Sequence record: OQ174500.1 | Strand: one strand, 5' to 3' | DNA from: Escherichia phage REP1 | DNA length: 64,000 bases | Shown here: in pieces, positions 18,305-27,690 of the stretch | How the letters are laid out: the number at the start of each line of letters is the position of its first letter | How positions within the stretch are numbered: position 1 is the stretch's first letter | The notes under the pieces: generated by a model | The model's input: the letters and a program-made list of their open reading frames with translations, nothing else | Told to the model about the DNA's origin: nothing | The model's database searches: none | Translations under genes and position numbers: made by a program

Positions 18305-21001
18305 ATGAAAGAATTTTATATCTCTATCGAAACAGTCGGAAATAACATTGTTGAACGTTATATTGATGAAAATGGAAAGGAACGTACTCGTGAAGTAGAA
18401 TATCTTCCAACTATGTTTAGACACTGTAAGGAAGAATCAAAATACAAAGACATTTACGGTAAAAACTGTGCTCCTCAAAAATTTCCATCAATGAAAGATG
18501 CCCGAGATTGGATGAAACGAATGGAAGACATCGGTCTCGAAGCTCTCGGTATGAACGATTTTAAACTCGCTTATATCAGTGATACATACGGTTCAGAAAT
18601 TGTTTATGACCGAAAATTTGTTCGTGTAGCTAACTGTGACATTGAGGTTACTGGTGATAAATTTCCTGACCCAATGAAAGCTGAATATGAAATTGATGCT
18701 ATCACTCATTACGATTCAATTGATGATCGTTTTTATGTTTTCGACCTTTTGAATTCAATGTATGGTTCAGTATCAAAATGGGATGCAAAGTTAGCTGCTA
18801 AGCTTGACTGTGAAGGTGGTGATGAAGTTCCTCAAGAAATTCTTGACCGAGTAATTTATATGCCATTCGATAATGAGCGTGATATGCTCATGGAATATAT
18901 CAATCTCTGGGAACAGAAACGACCTGCTATTTTTACTGGTTGGAATATTGAGGGGTTTGACGTTCCGTATATCATGAATCGCGTTAAAATGGTTCTCGGT
19001 GAACGTAGTATGAAACGCTTCTCTCCAATCGGTCGAGTAAAATCTAAACTAATTCAAAATATGTACGGTAGCAAAGAAATTTATTCTATTGATGGCGTAT
19101 CTATTCTTGATTATTTAGATTTGTACAAGAAATTCGCTTTTACTAATTTGCCGTCATTCTCTTTGGAATCAGTTGCTCAACATGAAACCAAAAAAGGTAA
19201 ATTACCATACGACGGTCCTATTAATAAACTTCGTGAGACTAATCATCAACGATACATTAGTTATAACATCATTGACGTAGAATCAGTTCAAGCAATTGAT
19301 AAAATTCGCGGGTTTATCGATCTAGTTTTAAGTATGTCTTATTACGCTAAAATGCCTTTTTCCGGTGTAATGAGTCCTATTAAAACTTGGGATGCTATTA
19401 TTTTTAACTCATTGAAAGGTGAACATAAGGTTATTCCTCAACAAGGTTCGCACGTTAAACAGAGTTTTCCGGGTGCATTCGTATTTGAACCTAAACCAAT
19501 TGCTCGTCGATATATTATGAGTTTTGACTTGACGTCTCTGTATCCGAGCATTATTCGTCAGGTTAACATTAGTCCTGAGACTATTCGTGGACAGTTTAAA
19601 GTTCATCCAATTCATGAATATATCGCAGGAACAGCTCCTAAACCGAGTGATGAATATTCTTGTTCTCCGAATGGATGGATGTATGATAAGCATCAAGAAG
19701 GTATCATTCCAAAGGAAATCGCTAAAGTATTTTTCCAGCGTAAAGATTGGAAAAAGAAAATGTTCGCTGAAGAAATGAATGCCGAAGCTATTAAAAAGAT
19801 TATTATGAAAGGCGCAGGGTCCTGTTCAACTAAACCAGAAGTTGAACGATATGTTAAGTTCAGTGATGATTTCTTAAATGAACTATCGAATTATACTGAA
19901 TCTGTTCTCAATAGTCTGATTGAGGAATGTGAAAAAGCGGCTACACTTGCTAATACAAATCAACTGAACCGTAAAATTCTCATTAACAGTCTTTATGGTG
20001 CTCTTGGTAATATTCATTTCCGTTACTATGATTTGCGAAATGCTACTGCTATCACAATTTTCGGCCAAGTTGGTATTCAGTGGATTGCTCGTAAAATTAA
20101 TGAATATCTGAATAAAGTATGCGGAACTAATGGTGAAGATTTCATCGCAGCAGGTGATACTGATTCGGTATATGTTTGTGTAGATAAAGTTATTGAAAAA
20201 GTTGGTCTTGACCGATTCAAAGAGCAGAACGATTTGGTTGAATTCATGAATCAGTTCGGTAAGAAAAAGATGGAACCTATGATTGATGTTGCATATCGTG
20301 AGTTATGTGATTATATGAATAACCGCGAGCATCTGATGCATATGGACCGTGAAGCTATTTCTTGTCCTCCACTTGGTTCAAAGGGCGTTGGCGGATTTTG
20401 GAAAGCGAAAAAGCGTTATGCTCTGAACGTTTATGATATGGAAGATAAGCGTTTTGCTGAACCACATCTAAAAATCATGGGTATGGAAACTCAGCAGAGT
20501 TCAACGCCTAAAGCGGTCCAAGAAGCTCTCGAAGAAAGTATTCGTCGTATTCTTCAGGAAGGTGAAGAGTCTGTCCAAGAATATTACAAAAACTTCGAGA
20601 AAGAATATCGTCAACTTGACTATAAAGTTATTGCTGAAGTAAAAACTGCGAACGATATAGCGAAATATGATGATAAAGGTTGGCCAGGATTTAAATGCCC
20701 GTTCCATATTCGTGGTGTGCTAACTTATCGTCGAGCTGTTAGTGGTCTGGGTGTAGCTCCAATTTTGGATGGAAATAAGGTAATGGTTCTTCCATTGCGT
20801 GAAGGAAATCCATTTGGTGACAAGTGCATTGCTTGGCCGTCGGGCACAGAACTTCCAAAAGAAATTCGTTCTGATGTACTGTCTTGGATTGACTACTCAA
20901 CTTTGTTCCAAAAATCGTTTGTTAAACCGCTTGCGGGTATGTGTGAATCGGCTGGTATGGACTATGAAGAAAAAGCTTCGTTAGACTTCCTGTTTGGCTG
21001 A
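18305..21001 (+). CDS. 43: DNA polymerase gp43 (family B)
   Basis: 898 aa; pol motifs DLTSLYPS and GDTDS; matches T4 gp43. Confidence 0.97.
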   Translation: MKEFYISIETVGNNIVERYIDENGKERTREVEYLPTMFRHCKEESKYKDIYGKNCAPQKFPSMKDARDWMKRMEDIGLEALGMNDFKLAYISDTYGSEIVYDRKFVRVANCDIEVTGDKFPDPMKAEYEIDAITHYDSIDDRFYVFDLLNSMYGSVSKWDAKLAAKLDCEGGDEVPQEILDRVIYMPFDNERDMLMEYINLWEQKRPAIFTGWNIEGFDVPYIMNRVKMVLGERSMKRFSPIGRVKSKLIQNMYGSKEIYSIDGVSILDYLDLYKKFAFTNLPSFSLESVAQHETKKGKLPYDGPINKLRETNHQRYISYNIIDVESVQAIDKIRGFIDLVLSMSYYAKMPFSGVMSPIKTWDAIIFNSLKGEHKVIPQQGSHVKQSFPGAFVFEPKPIARRYIMSFDLTSLYPSIIRQVNISPETIRGQFKVHPIHEYIAGTAPKPSDEYSCSPNGWMYDKHQEGIIPKEIAKVFFQRKDWKKKMFAEEMNAEAIKKIIMKGAGSCSTKPEVERYVKFSDDFLNELSNYTESVLNSLIEECEKAATLANTNQLNRKILINSLYGALGNIHFRYYDLRNATAITIFGQVGIQWIARKINEYLNKVCGTNGEDFIAAGDTDSVYVCVDKVIEKVGLDRFKEQNDLVEFMNQFGKKKMEPMIDVAYRELCDYMNNREHLMHMDREAISCPPLGSKGVGGFWKAKKRYALNVYDMEDKRFAEPHLKIMGMETQQSSTPKAVQEALEESIRRILQEGEESVQEYYKNFEKEYRQLDYKVIAEVKTANDIAKYDDKGWPGFKCPFHIRGVLTYRRAVSGLGVAPILDGNKVMVLPLREGNPFGDKCIAWPSGTELPKEIRSDVLSWIDYSTLFQKSFVKPLAGMCESAGMDYEEKASLDFLFG

Positions 21002-21013
21002 TAGAATAAATCT

Positions 21014-21036
21014 AGGGACCTCCGGGTCCCTTTTTC
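21014..21036 (+). terminator. rho-independent terminator AGGGACCTCCGGGTCCCT + TTTTT
   Basis: 8-bp GC stem + T run after gene 43. Confidence 0.7.
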
Positions 21037-21099
21037 ATACAAGTAATATAAATCTATACTTATGAAAAACAGATGATTCTGGACCTTTAGAATTCCCTA

Positions 21100-21150
21100 A
21101 AAAATTTTTCACAAAACTGTTTACAAGACTGTTCCTCTGTGGTACTATAC
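21100..21150 (+). promoter_or_regulatory. T4-type early promoter (GTTTAC -35, TACTAT -10)
   Basis: aaaaatttttcacaaaactGTTTACaagactgttcctctgtggTACTAT. Confidence 0.6.
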
Positions 21151-21182
21151 AACTATCAGCTAATACGGATTTGGAGAATAAA

Positions 21183-21419
21183 ATGAAAATTGTTTATGGT
21201 TGCTTAGCAGTGTGTTTAGTTGCATTAGCAGCAGTTCCATTTGTTAGTGTTGAAAATGATACTCAACCTGTGATTGAATCTAGCACCGTTATTCACACTA
21301 ATGGTAAAATATCAGTTAAAATTGATGATAATCTTCATGTGAATACAAATGGATCTTTAGGTGTGCAAATGGGTAATACCTGCATAAGCACTACTGGAGT
21401 AATTACTACTTGCATTTGA
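21183..21419 (+). CDS. hypothetical secreted/membrane protein
   Basis: 78 aa from ATG; N-terminal hydrophobic signal-like segment. Confidence 0.5.
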   Translation: MKIVYGCLAVCLVALAAVPFVSVENDTQPVIESSTVIHTNGKISVKIDDNLHVNTNGSLGVQMGNTCISTTGVITTCI

Positions 21420-21429
21420 GGAAATTATT

Positions 21430-21810
21430 ATGAAAATCGCTATTTTGGTTATTGCATTAGGTCTTACTGGTTGTGTAGCTCAAGGACCGGTAGTAAATCA
21501 GTCTGATGTAGGAAAAATTGTAAACTGTTCAAGCAAATTTTATAATCCTAATGTCAAGTGTTATAAAGAAGCTCCAAAACAGACAGTAGAACAAATGCAG
21601 GCGAATTTTGACGAAGCTATTCGTCCAGATGAATCTGCTCAAGCATATCGTAATTCGGATGTAATTACACGCGAAGAAAAAATTGAAAACTACTGCGCCG
21701 AGCTTTGGGCTAATTGGGCTAATAATTACCAATGGCGTACTGGTAAAAATGCTCCGATGGAGTATGTAGTGAATTCTTATAATTCATGTGTAAAAAATTT
21801 GACTAAGTGA
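21430..21810 (+). CDS. putative lipoprotein
   Basis: 126 aa; signal peptide with lipobox LTGC. Confidence 0.5.
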   Translation: MKIAILVIALGLTGCVAQGPVVNQSDVGKIVNCSSKFYNPNVKCYKEAPKQTVEQMQANFDEAIRPDESAQAYRNSDVITREEKIENYCAELWANWANNYQWRTGKNAPMEYVVNSYNSCVKNLTK

Positions 21811-21817
21811 GGAAAAC

Positions 21818-22069
21818 ATGGAAACTTTAGTAGCAGGTTCAATTTTTATGGTTTTAGTTTCAGGCGTGTTGGCTATTATTATATACATGCTTCCATGGTT
21901 TATCGCCTTGATGCGTGGGTCAAAATCGACAGTAGGAATCTTTTTCACATCTTTACTGTTTAACTGGTCAATTATTGGTTGGTTTATTACATTTATTTGG
22001 TCAATTGCGGGTGAAACTAAAAAGTCTGCACAGCCAAATCAGGTAATTATCATCAGAGAGAAGGAATGA
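21818..22069 (+). CDS. imm: Imm-like membrane protein (superinfection immunity), by size and position
   Basis: 83 aa, two hydrophobic helices; just upstream of gene 42. Confidence 0.5.
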   Translation: METLVAGSIFMVLVSGVLAIIIYMLPWFIALMRGSKSTVGIFFTSLLFNWSIIGWFITFIWSIAGETKKSAQPNQVIIIREKE

Positions 22070-22215
22070 AAAGCAAAATTATAACAGTGTTGCTTTTAAT
22101 CTTGATGATTATAATAAGTATATACTATAGTGTAACGGTTCCTCTTATGATTCCAACTATTATTTTAGGTTGGGGTTTATTACTGTTACAAGTTAAATAT
22201 GAATGTATCAATTGA
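22066..22215 (+). CDS. hypothetical small membrane protein
   Basis: 49 aa hydrophobic ORF; ATGA overlap with upstream stop; not in ORF track (<60 aa). Confidence 0.35.
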   Translation: MKSKIITVLLLILMIIISIYYSVTVPLMIPTIILGWGLLLLQVKYECIN

Positions 22216-22222
22216 GGTTTAA

Positions 22223-22963
22223 ATGATTAGTGACTCTATGACAGTTGAAGAAATCCGTCTTCATTTGGGGCTTGCATTAAAAGAAAAAGATTTCGTAGTT
22301 GATAAAACTGGTGTTAAAACTATTGAAATTATTGGCGCATCATTTGTAGCAGATGAACCGTTTATTTTTGGCGCTCTTAATGATGAATACATTCAGCGTG
22401 AACTTGAATGGTATAAATCTAAAAGCTTGTTTGTTAAAGATATTCCAGGTGAAACACCAAAGATTTGGCAGCAGGTAGCATCTTCTAAAGGCGAAATTAA
22501 CTCGAATTATGGTTGGGCTATTTGGTCAGAAGATAACTATGCCCAGTATGATATGTGTTTAGCTGAACTTGGTCAAAATCCTGATTCTCGACGTGGTATC
22601 ATGATTTATACTCGTCCATCCATGCAATTTGATTACAATAAAGATGGTATGTCAGATTTCATGTGTACTAATACAGTACAGTACCTGATTCGTGATAAGA
22701 AAGTCAATGCAGTAGTAAGCATGCGCTCAAATGATGTGGTCTTCGGATTCCGTAATGATTATGCATGGCAAAAATACGTATTAGATAAATTAGTATCTGA
22801 TTTGAATGCCGGCGATTCAACTCGTCAGTATAAAGCAGGTTCTATTATATGGAATGTTGGAAGTCTTCATGTATATTCTCGTCATTTTTACTTGGTTGAT
22901 CATTGGTGGAATACTGGCGAAACTCATATTGTGAAAAAAGATTATAACGGTGAGTGGAAATGA
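22223..22963 (+). CDS. 42: dCMP hydroxymethylase
   Basis: 246 aa; matches T4 gp42. Confidence 0.95.
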   Translation: MISDSMTVEEIRLHLGLALKEKDFVVDKTGVKTIEIIGASFVADEPFIFGALNDEYIQRELEWYKSKSLFVKDIPGETPKIWQQVASSKGEINSNYGWAIWSEDNYAQYDMCLAELGQNPDSRRGIMIYTRPSMQFDYNKDGMSDFMCTNTVQYLIRDKKVNAVVSMRSNDVVFGFRNDYAWQKYVLDKLVSDLNAGDSTRQYKAGSIIWNVGSLHVYSRHFYLVDHWWNTGETHIVKKDYNGEWK

Positions 22964-23802
22964 TTCAATTCGTAATTCCAAGCTATCAACGCGTAGGGGC
23001 AGTTTCTGCCCTTGATATGTTTCCGACTGATTATGAACCACATATTGTAGTGCGTGAACATGAAGAAAAAGCTTATCATGACGCTTATGGGTCTAGAGTT
23101 AAAATTATAACTATTCCTGATGATGTAAACGGAATTGCCGGTACTCGTAAAGCAATTACTGATATGTATGCAGGTCAACGAATCTGGATGATTGACGATG
23201 ATACTACTATTCGTATGAGTTCAATGCGAAAAAGAGATGATCGTCGTTGCGTAGATAAAGTCAATCAATTGACTCGTGAACAGTTCTATGAATTGATTCA
23301 ATATGTTGAGGATGCCATGGATTGTGGGTATTATCATGGCCATGCTCGTCTACCTATTTTTAAAATTACTTCATCTTGGGGTAATTATCGTGAAAATTCA
23401 TATGGATTCACGAATACATGGTATGACCTCGGAAAACTTACGACAGAACAAATTGGGTATGGAAAAATTGATTTATGCGAAGATATGTATGCATTTCTCA
23501 ATTTAATTAATCAAGGTTATCCGCATTTGGCCTTGTTCAAATATCTGGTTGTATCTGGAAAAGCACAAGCTCCTGGCGGGTGCAGTTCAATTCGCAGTAA
23601 TTCTAAACATAATAGAGCGCTTGAGCAGATCAATAGAGAGTTTCCAGAGCAAGCTCGTTGGAAAACTTCTAATATTGAAAAACGAAAATCGTTGGGTGAA
23701 GAAGACGAGCCATTAAAGGTTCTTCGTATGTGTGTTTCACGTAAAGAAAAATCAGAAGCATTTCATAAGTTTAATGCTATTCATCCAATAGCAGTTGATT
23801 AA
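22960..23802 (+). CDS. putative glycosyltransferase with DXD motif (candidate beta-glucosyl-HMC alpha-glucosyltransferase), occupying the beta-gt position
   Basis: 280 aa; MIDDDTTI DXD motif; not similar to T4 beta-gt as I recall it. Confidence 0.5.
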   Translation: MIQFVIPSYQRVGAVSALDMFPTDYEPHIVVREHEEKAYHDAYGSRVKIITIPDDVNGIAGTRKAITDMYAGQRIWMIDDDTTIRMSSMRKRDDRRCVDKVNQLTREQFYELIQYVEDAMDCGYYHGHARLPIFKITSSWGNYRENSYGFTNTWYDLGKLTTEQIGYGKIDLCEDMYAFLNLINQGYPHLALFKYLVVSGKAQAPGGCSSIRSNSKHNRALEQINREFPEQARWKTSNIEKRKSLGEEDEPLKVLRMCVSRKEKSEAFHKFNAIHPIAVD

Positions 23803-23830
23803 TGCCTAAATTTATTGTGTTATAATTACT
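23797..23830 (+). promoter_or_regulatory. middle-promoter-like element upstream of uvsX
   Basis: TGCCTAAA (Mot-box-like), about 12 nt, then TATAAT. Confidence 0.35.
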
Positions 23831-23879
23831 CTATCTTTAACCAGTGAGGAAAATATAATGATGCCTATGGAAAAAATGA

Positions 23880-25061
23880 ATGTCTATTGCAGATTTAAAA
23901 TCCCGTTTGATTAAAGCTTCCACTTCTAAAATGACTGCTGAACTGACTACATCTAAATTCTTTAATGAAAAGGATGTAATCCGTACAAAAATCCCAATGC
24001 TTAATATTGCTATTTCTGGTGCGATTGATGGCGGCATGCAGTCTGGTTTAACTATTTTCGCAGGGCCTTCTAAACACTTTAAATCAAATATGTCTTTGAC
24101 TATGGTTGCGGCATATTTGAACAAATATCCTGACGCGGTTTGTCTATTCTATGATAGTGAATTTGGTATTACTCCAGCTTATTTGCGATCCATGGGAGTT
24201 GACCCGGAACGAGTAATTCATACGCCGATTCAGTCAGTTGAACAGCTGAAAATTGATATGGTGAACCAGCTTGAAGCTATTGAGCGTGGTGAAAAGGTTA
24301 TTGTATTCATCGACTCAATCGGTAATATGGCTTCTAAGAAAGAAACGGAAGATGCCTTAAATGAAAAATCTGTGGCAGATATGACTCGTGCTAAATCACT
24401 GAAGTCATTATTCCGTATTGTTACTCCTTATTTTAGCATTAAAAATATTCCGTGCGTTGCGGTTAACCATACAATTGAAACAATTGAAATGTTTAGTAAA
24501 ACCGTGATGACAGGTGGTACAGGCGTAATGTATTCGGCTGATACAGTATTCATTATCGGTAAGCGTCAGATTAAAGATGGTTCTGATCTTCAGGGGTATC
24601 AATTTGTTCTAAATGTAGAAAAATCTCGTACCGTTAAAGAAAAAAGTAAATTCTTTATTGATGTTAAATTTGACGGTGGTATTGATCCTTATTCTGGATT
24701 GCTAGATATGGCTCTTGAATTAGGATTTGTAGTAAAACCTAAAAATGGTTGGTATGCTCGTGAATTTCTTGACGAAGAAACCGGCGAGATGATTCGCGAA
24801 GAAAAATCTTGGCGTGCAAAAGATACCAACTGCACTACATTCTGGGGTCCTTTATTTAAGCATCAACCATTCCGAGATGCTATTAAACGTGCTTATCAAT
24901 TAGGTGCTATTGATAGTAATGAAATTGTTGAAGCTGAAGTTGATGAATTGATTAACTCAAAGGTTGAAAAATTTAAATCTCCAGAAAGTAAAAGTAAATC
25001 AGCAGCTGATTTAGAAACTGACCTCGAACAGTTAAGTGATATGGAAGAATTTAATGAATAA
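23880..25061 (+). CDS. uvsX: recombinase UvsX (RecA-like)
   Basis: 393 aa; Walker A GPSKHFKS; matches T4 UvsX. Confidence 0.95.
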   Translation: MSIADLKSRLIKASTSKMTAELTTSKFFNEKDVIRTKIPMLNIAISGAIDGGMQSGLTIFAGPSKHFKSNMSLTMVAAYLNKYPDAVCLFYDSEFGITPAYLRSMGVDPERVIHTPIQSVEQLKIDMVNQLEAIERGEKVIVFIDSIGNMASKKETEDALNEKSVADMTRAKSLKSLFRIVTPYFSIKNIPCVAVNHTIETIEMFSKTVMTGGTGVMYSADTVFIIGKRQIKDGSDLQGYQFVLNVEKSRTVKEKSKFFIDVKFDGGIDPYSGLLDMALELGFVVKPKNGWYAREFLDEETGEMIREEKSWRAKDTNCTTFWGPLFKHQPFRDAIKRAYQLGAIDSNEIVEAEVDELINSKVEKFKSPESKSKSAADLETDLEQLSDMEEFNE

Positions 25062-25398
25062 AGATGATTTAGATTTAGATCTAGAAATTATCGACGAATC
25101 CCCCTCTTCGGAGGGGGAAGAAGAAAGAAAAGAACGTCTTTTTAATGAATCTCTTAAGATAATTAAATCTGCCATGGAAAATGTTATCCAGGAGATTGTC
25201 ATTAAACTAGAAGATGGTTCTACACACATTGTGTATGTGACAAAATTAGATTGGGTTGATGGAAAAGTCGTAATGGACTTTGCTGTTCTTGACCAAGAAA
25301 GAAAAGCTGAGTTAGCTCCTCATGTAGAAAAATGTATTACAATGCAACTACAAGATGCATTTAATAAAAGGTCAAAGAAAAAGTTTAAATTCTTTTAA
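25054..25398 (+). CDS. 40: gp40-like protein (head vertex assembly chaperone), by position
   Basis: 114 aa from ATG overlapping uvsX stop; acidic. Confidence 0.5.
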   Translation: MNKDDLDLDLEIIDESPSSEGEEERKERLFNESLKIIKSAMENVIQEIVIKLEDGSTHIVYVTKLDWVDGKVVMDFAVLDQERKAELAPHVEKCITMQLQDAFNKRSKKKFKFF

Positions 25399-25407
25399 GG
25401 AGTAAGT

Positions 25408-26835
25408 GTGGTAGAAATTATTCTTTCTCATCTCATATTTGATCAAGCTTATTTTTCAAAAGTTTGGCCATATATGGATTCAGAATATTTTGAAAGTGGT
25501 CCAGCTAAAAATACATTCAAATTAATTAAATCTCATGTTAACGAGTATCATAGCGTTCCATCTATTAATGCGTTAAATGTTGCGTTAGAAAATAGTTCAT
25601 TTACTGAAACAGAATATTCTGGTGTAAAAACACTTATTTCAAAACTGGCTGATTCTCCAGAAGACCACAGTTGGTTAGTAAAAGAAACAGAAAAATATGT
25701 TCAGCAAAGGGCGATGTTTAATGCTACGTCTAAAATAATCGAAATTCAAACTAATGCTGAACTTCCTCCGGAAAAACGAAATAAGAAAATGCCGGATGTT
25801 GGTGCTATTCCTGACATCATGCGTCAAGCATTATCAATTTCATTTGATAGCTACGTTGGTCATGATTGGATGGATGACTACGAAGCACGCTGGCTATCTT
25901 ATATGAATAAAGCTCGTAAGGTTCCATTTAAACTTCGTATTTTGAATAAAATTACAAAAGGCGGAGCTGAAACAGGAACACTGAACGTTTTAATGGCTGG
26001 CGTTAACGTTGGTAAATCATTAGGACTTTGCTCATTAGCAGCAGATTATTTGCAGCTTGGTCATAACGTTCTTTATATCTCCATGGAAATGGCAGAAGAA
26101 GTCTGTGCTAAACGTATTGATGCTAACATGCTCGATGTTTCTCTTGACGATATTGATGATGGACATATTTCTTACGCCGAATATAAAGGAAAAATGGAAA
26201 AATGGCGTGAGAAATCTACTCTCGGTCGTTTAATCGTTAAGCAATATCCTACTGGTGGAGCAGACGCTAATACATTCAGGTCTCTCTTGAATGAATTGAA
26301 GCTCAAGAAGAATTTTGTTCCAACAATCATTATTGTCGACTATCTAGGTATTTGTAAATCTTGCCGCATTAGAGTTTATTCAGAAAATAGTTACACAACT
26401 GTTAAAGCTATCGCAGAGGAATTACGTGCTCTGGCTGTTGAAACAGAAACTGTTCTTTGGACTGCAGCACAGGTTGGTAAACAAGCTTGGGACTCTTCCG
26501 ATGTTAACATGAGCGATATTGCAGAATCTGCTGGTCTTCCAGCAACAGCTGATTTTATGCTTGCGGTCATTGAAACCGAGGAGCTAGCAGCTGCTGAACA
26601 ACAACTCATTAAGCAAATCAAATCACGATATGGTGATAAGAATAAGTGGAATAAGTTTTTGATGGGTGTTCAAAAAGGAAATCAAAAGTGGGTAGAAATT
26701 GAACAAGATTCTACTCCAACTGAAGTGAGTGAAGTAGCAGGTTCACAACAGATTCAGGCTGAACAGAATCGCTATCAAAGAAATGAATCCACTCGAGCTC
26801 AGTTAGATGCTTTGGCAAATGAATTAAAATTTTAG
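25408..26835 (+). CDS. 41: replicative DNA helicase gp41 (DnaB-like)
   Basis: 475 aa; GTG start; Walker A GVNVGKS; matches T4 gp41. Confidence 0.95.
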   Translation: MVEIILSHLIFDQAYFSKVWPYMDSEYFESGPAKNTFKLIKSHVNEYHSVPSINALNVALENSSFTETEYSGVKTLISKLADSPEDHSWLVKETEKYVQQRAMFNATSKIIEIQTNAELPPEKRNKKMPDVGAIPDIMRQALSISFDSYVGHDWMDDYEARWLSYMNKARKVPFKLRILNKITKGGAETGTLNVLMAGVNVGKSLGLCSLAADYLQLGHNVLYISMEMAEEVCAKRIDANMLDVSLDDIDDGHISYAEYKGKMEKWREKSTLGRLIVKQYPTGGADANTFRSLLNELKLKKNFVPTIIIVDYLGICKSCRIRVYSENSYTTVKAIAEELRALAVETETVLWTAAQVGKQAWDSSDVNMSDIAESAGLPATADFMLAVIETEELAAAEQQLIKQIKSRYGDKNKWNKFLMGVQKGNQKWVEIEQDSTPTEVSEVAGSQQIQAEQNRYQRNESTRAQLDALANELKF

Positions 26836-26866
26836 TTTACAAGCTGGCAAGACTATGGTATAGTAG
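26835..26866 (+). promoter_or_regulatory. T4-type early promoter (GTTTAC, 18 nt, TATAGT)
   Basis: Directly downstream of gene 41, upstream of dmd. Confidence 0.5.
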
Positions 26867-26893
26867 TCTTGTTGGTTAAATGAGGAGATTGTT

Positions 26894-27076
26894 ATGGAAT
26901 TAGTAAAGGTAGTTTTTATGGGGTGGTTTAAGAATGAAAGCATGTTTACTAAAGAAATCACAATGATGAAAGATGACGTTCAATGGGCTACTACTCAATA
27001 TGCTGAAGTTAATAAAGCATTAGTTAAAGCTTTCATTGATGACAAGCAAGTGTGTGAAGTAGATTGCAGAGGATAA
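26894..27076 (+). CDS. dmd: Dmd antitoxin (inhibitor of host RnlA/LsoA toxins)
   Basis: 60 aa; MELVKVVFMGWFKNESMFTKEI... matches T4 Dmd. Confidence 0.85.
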   Translation: MELVKVVFMGWFKNESMFTKEITMMKDDVQWATTQYAEVNKALVKAFIDDKQVCEVDCRG

Positions 27077-27077
27077 T

Positions 27078-27335
27078 ATGCATATTGTTTTATTTAAACC
27101 TACTCCGTATAATGTTAGGAAAAATACTCAATTCAAGGCACTTATTGCGGATACGTGGGAATTGGTGTTAGATATTCCAGCAGAAGAAAGTCCTCCATTT
27201 GGTCGAGTGGAATTTATTAAGTTTGCTGTGCGCCCTACGAAGCGACAGATTCGCCAATGCAAAAGATACTTTCGTAAAATCGTCAAGTTAGAGAAACAGT
27301 TTGTAACATGTGATTATGCAGAAGTTTTAAAATAG
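27078..27335 (+). CDS. hypothetical protein (61.4-like)
   Basis: 85-aa ORF. Confidence 0.5.
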   Translation: MHIVLFKPTPYNVRKNTQFKALIADTWELVLDIPAEESPPFGRVEFIKFAVRPTKRQIRQCKRYFRKIVKLEKQFVTCDYAEVLK

Positions 27336-27337
27336 CT

Positions 27338-27366
27338 GTTTACTTTTGTTGGAAATTGATATACTA
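27338..27366 (+). promoter_or_regulatory. early promoter (GTTTAC ... TATACT)
   Basis: ctGTTTACttttgttggaaattgaTATACT upstream of sp. Confidence 0.45.
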
Positions 27367-27395
27367 TATAAACATAAACTACTGAGGAGATTATC

Positions 27396-27689
27396 ATGAA
27401 AAAATTTATTTTTGCTACAATTTTTACTTTGGCTTCTTGTGCTGCTCAGCCTTCTATGGCAGGATATGATAAAGATTTGTGTGAATGGTCTATGACTGCA
27501 GATCAGACTGAAGTTGAAACTCAAATTGAAGCGGATATTATGAATATCGTTGAGCGCGATCGTCCTGAAATGAAAGCTGAAGTGCAAAAACAACTTAAGT
27601 CTGGTGGTGTAATGCAGTATAATTATGTTCTGTATTGCGATAAAAACTTTAATAACAAAAATATCGTAACCGAAATCACAGGCGAATAA
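27396..27689 (+). CDS. sp: spackle periplasmic protein Sp
   Basis: 97 aa; N-terminal signal peptide MKKFIFATIFTLASCAAQPSMA; length and position match T4 sp. Confidence 0.75.
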   Translation: MKKFIFATIFTLASCAAQPSMAGYDKDLCEWSMTADQTEVETQIEADIMNIVERDRPEMKAEVQKQLKSGGVMQYNYVLYCDKNFNNKNIVTEITGE

Positions 27690-27690
27690 T

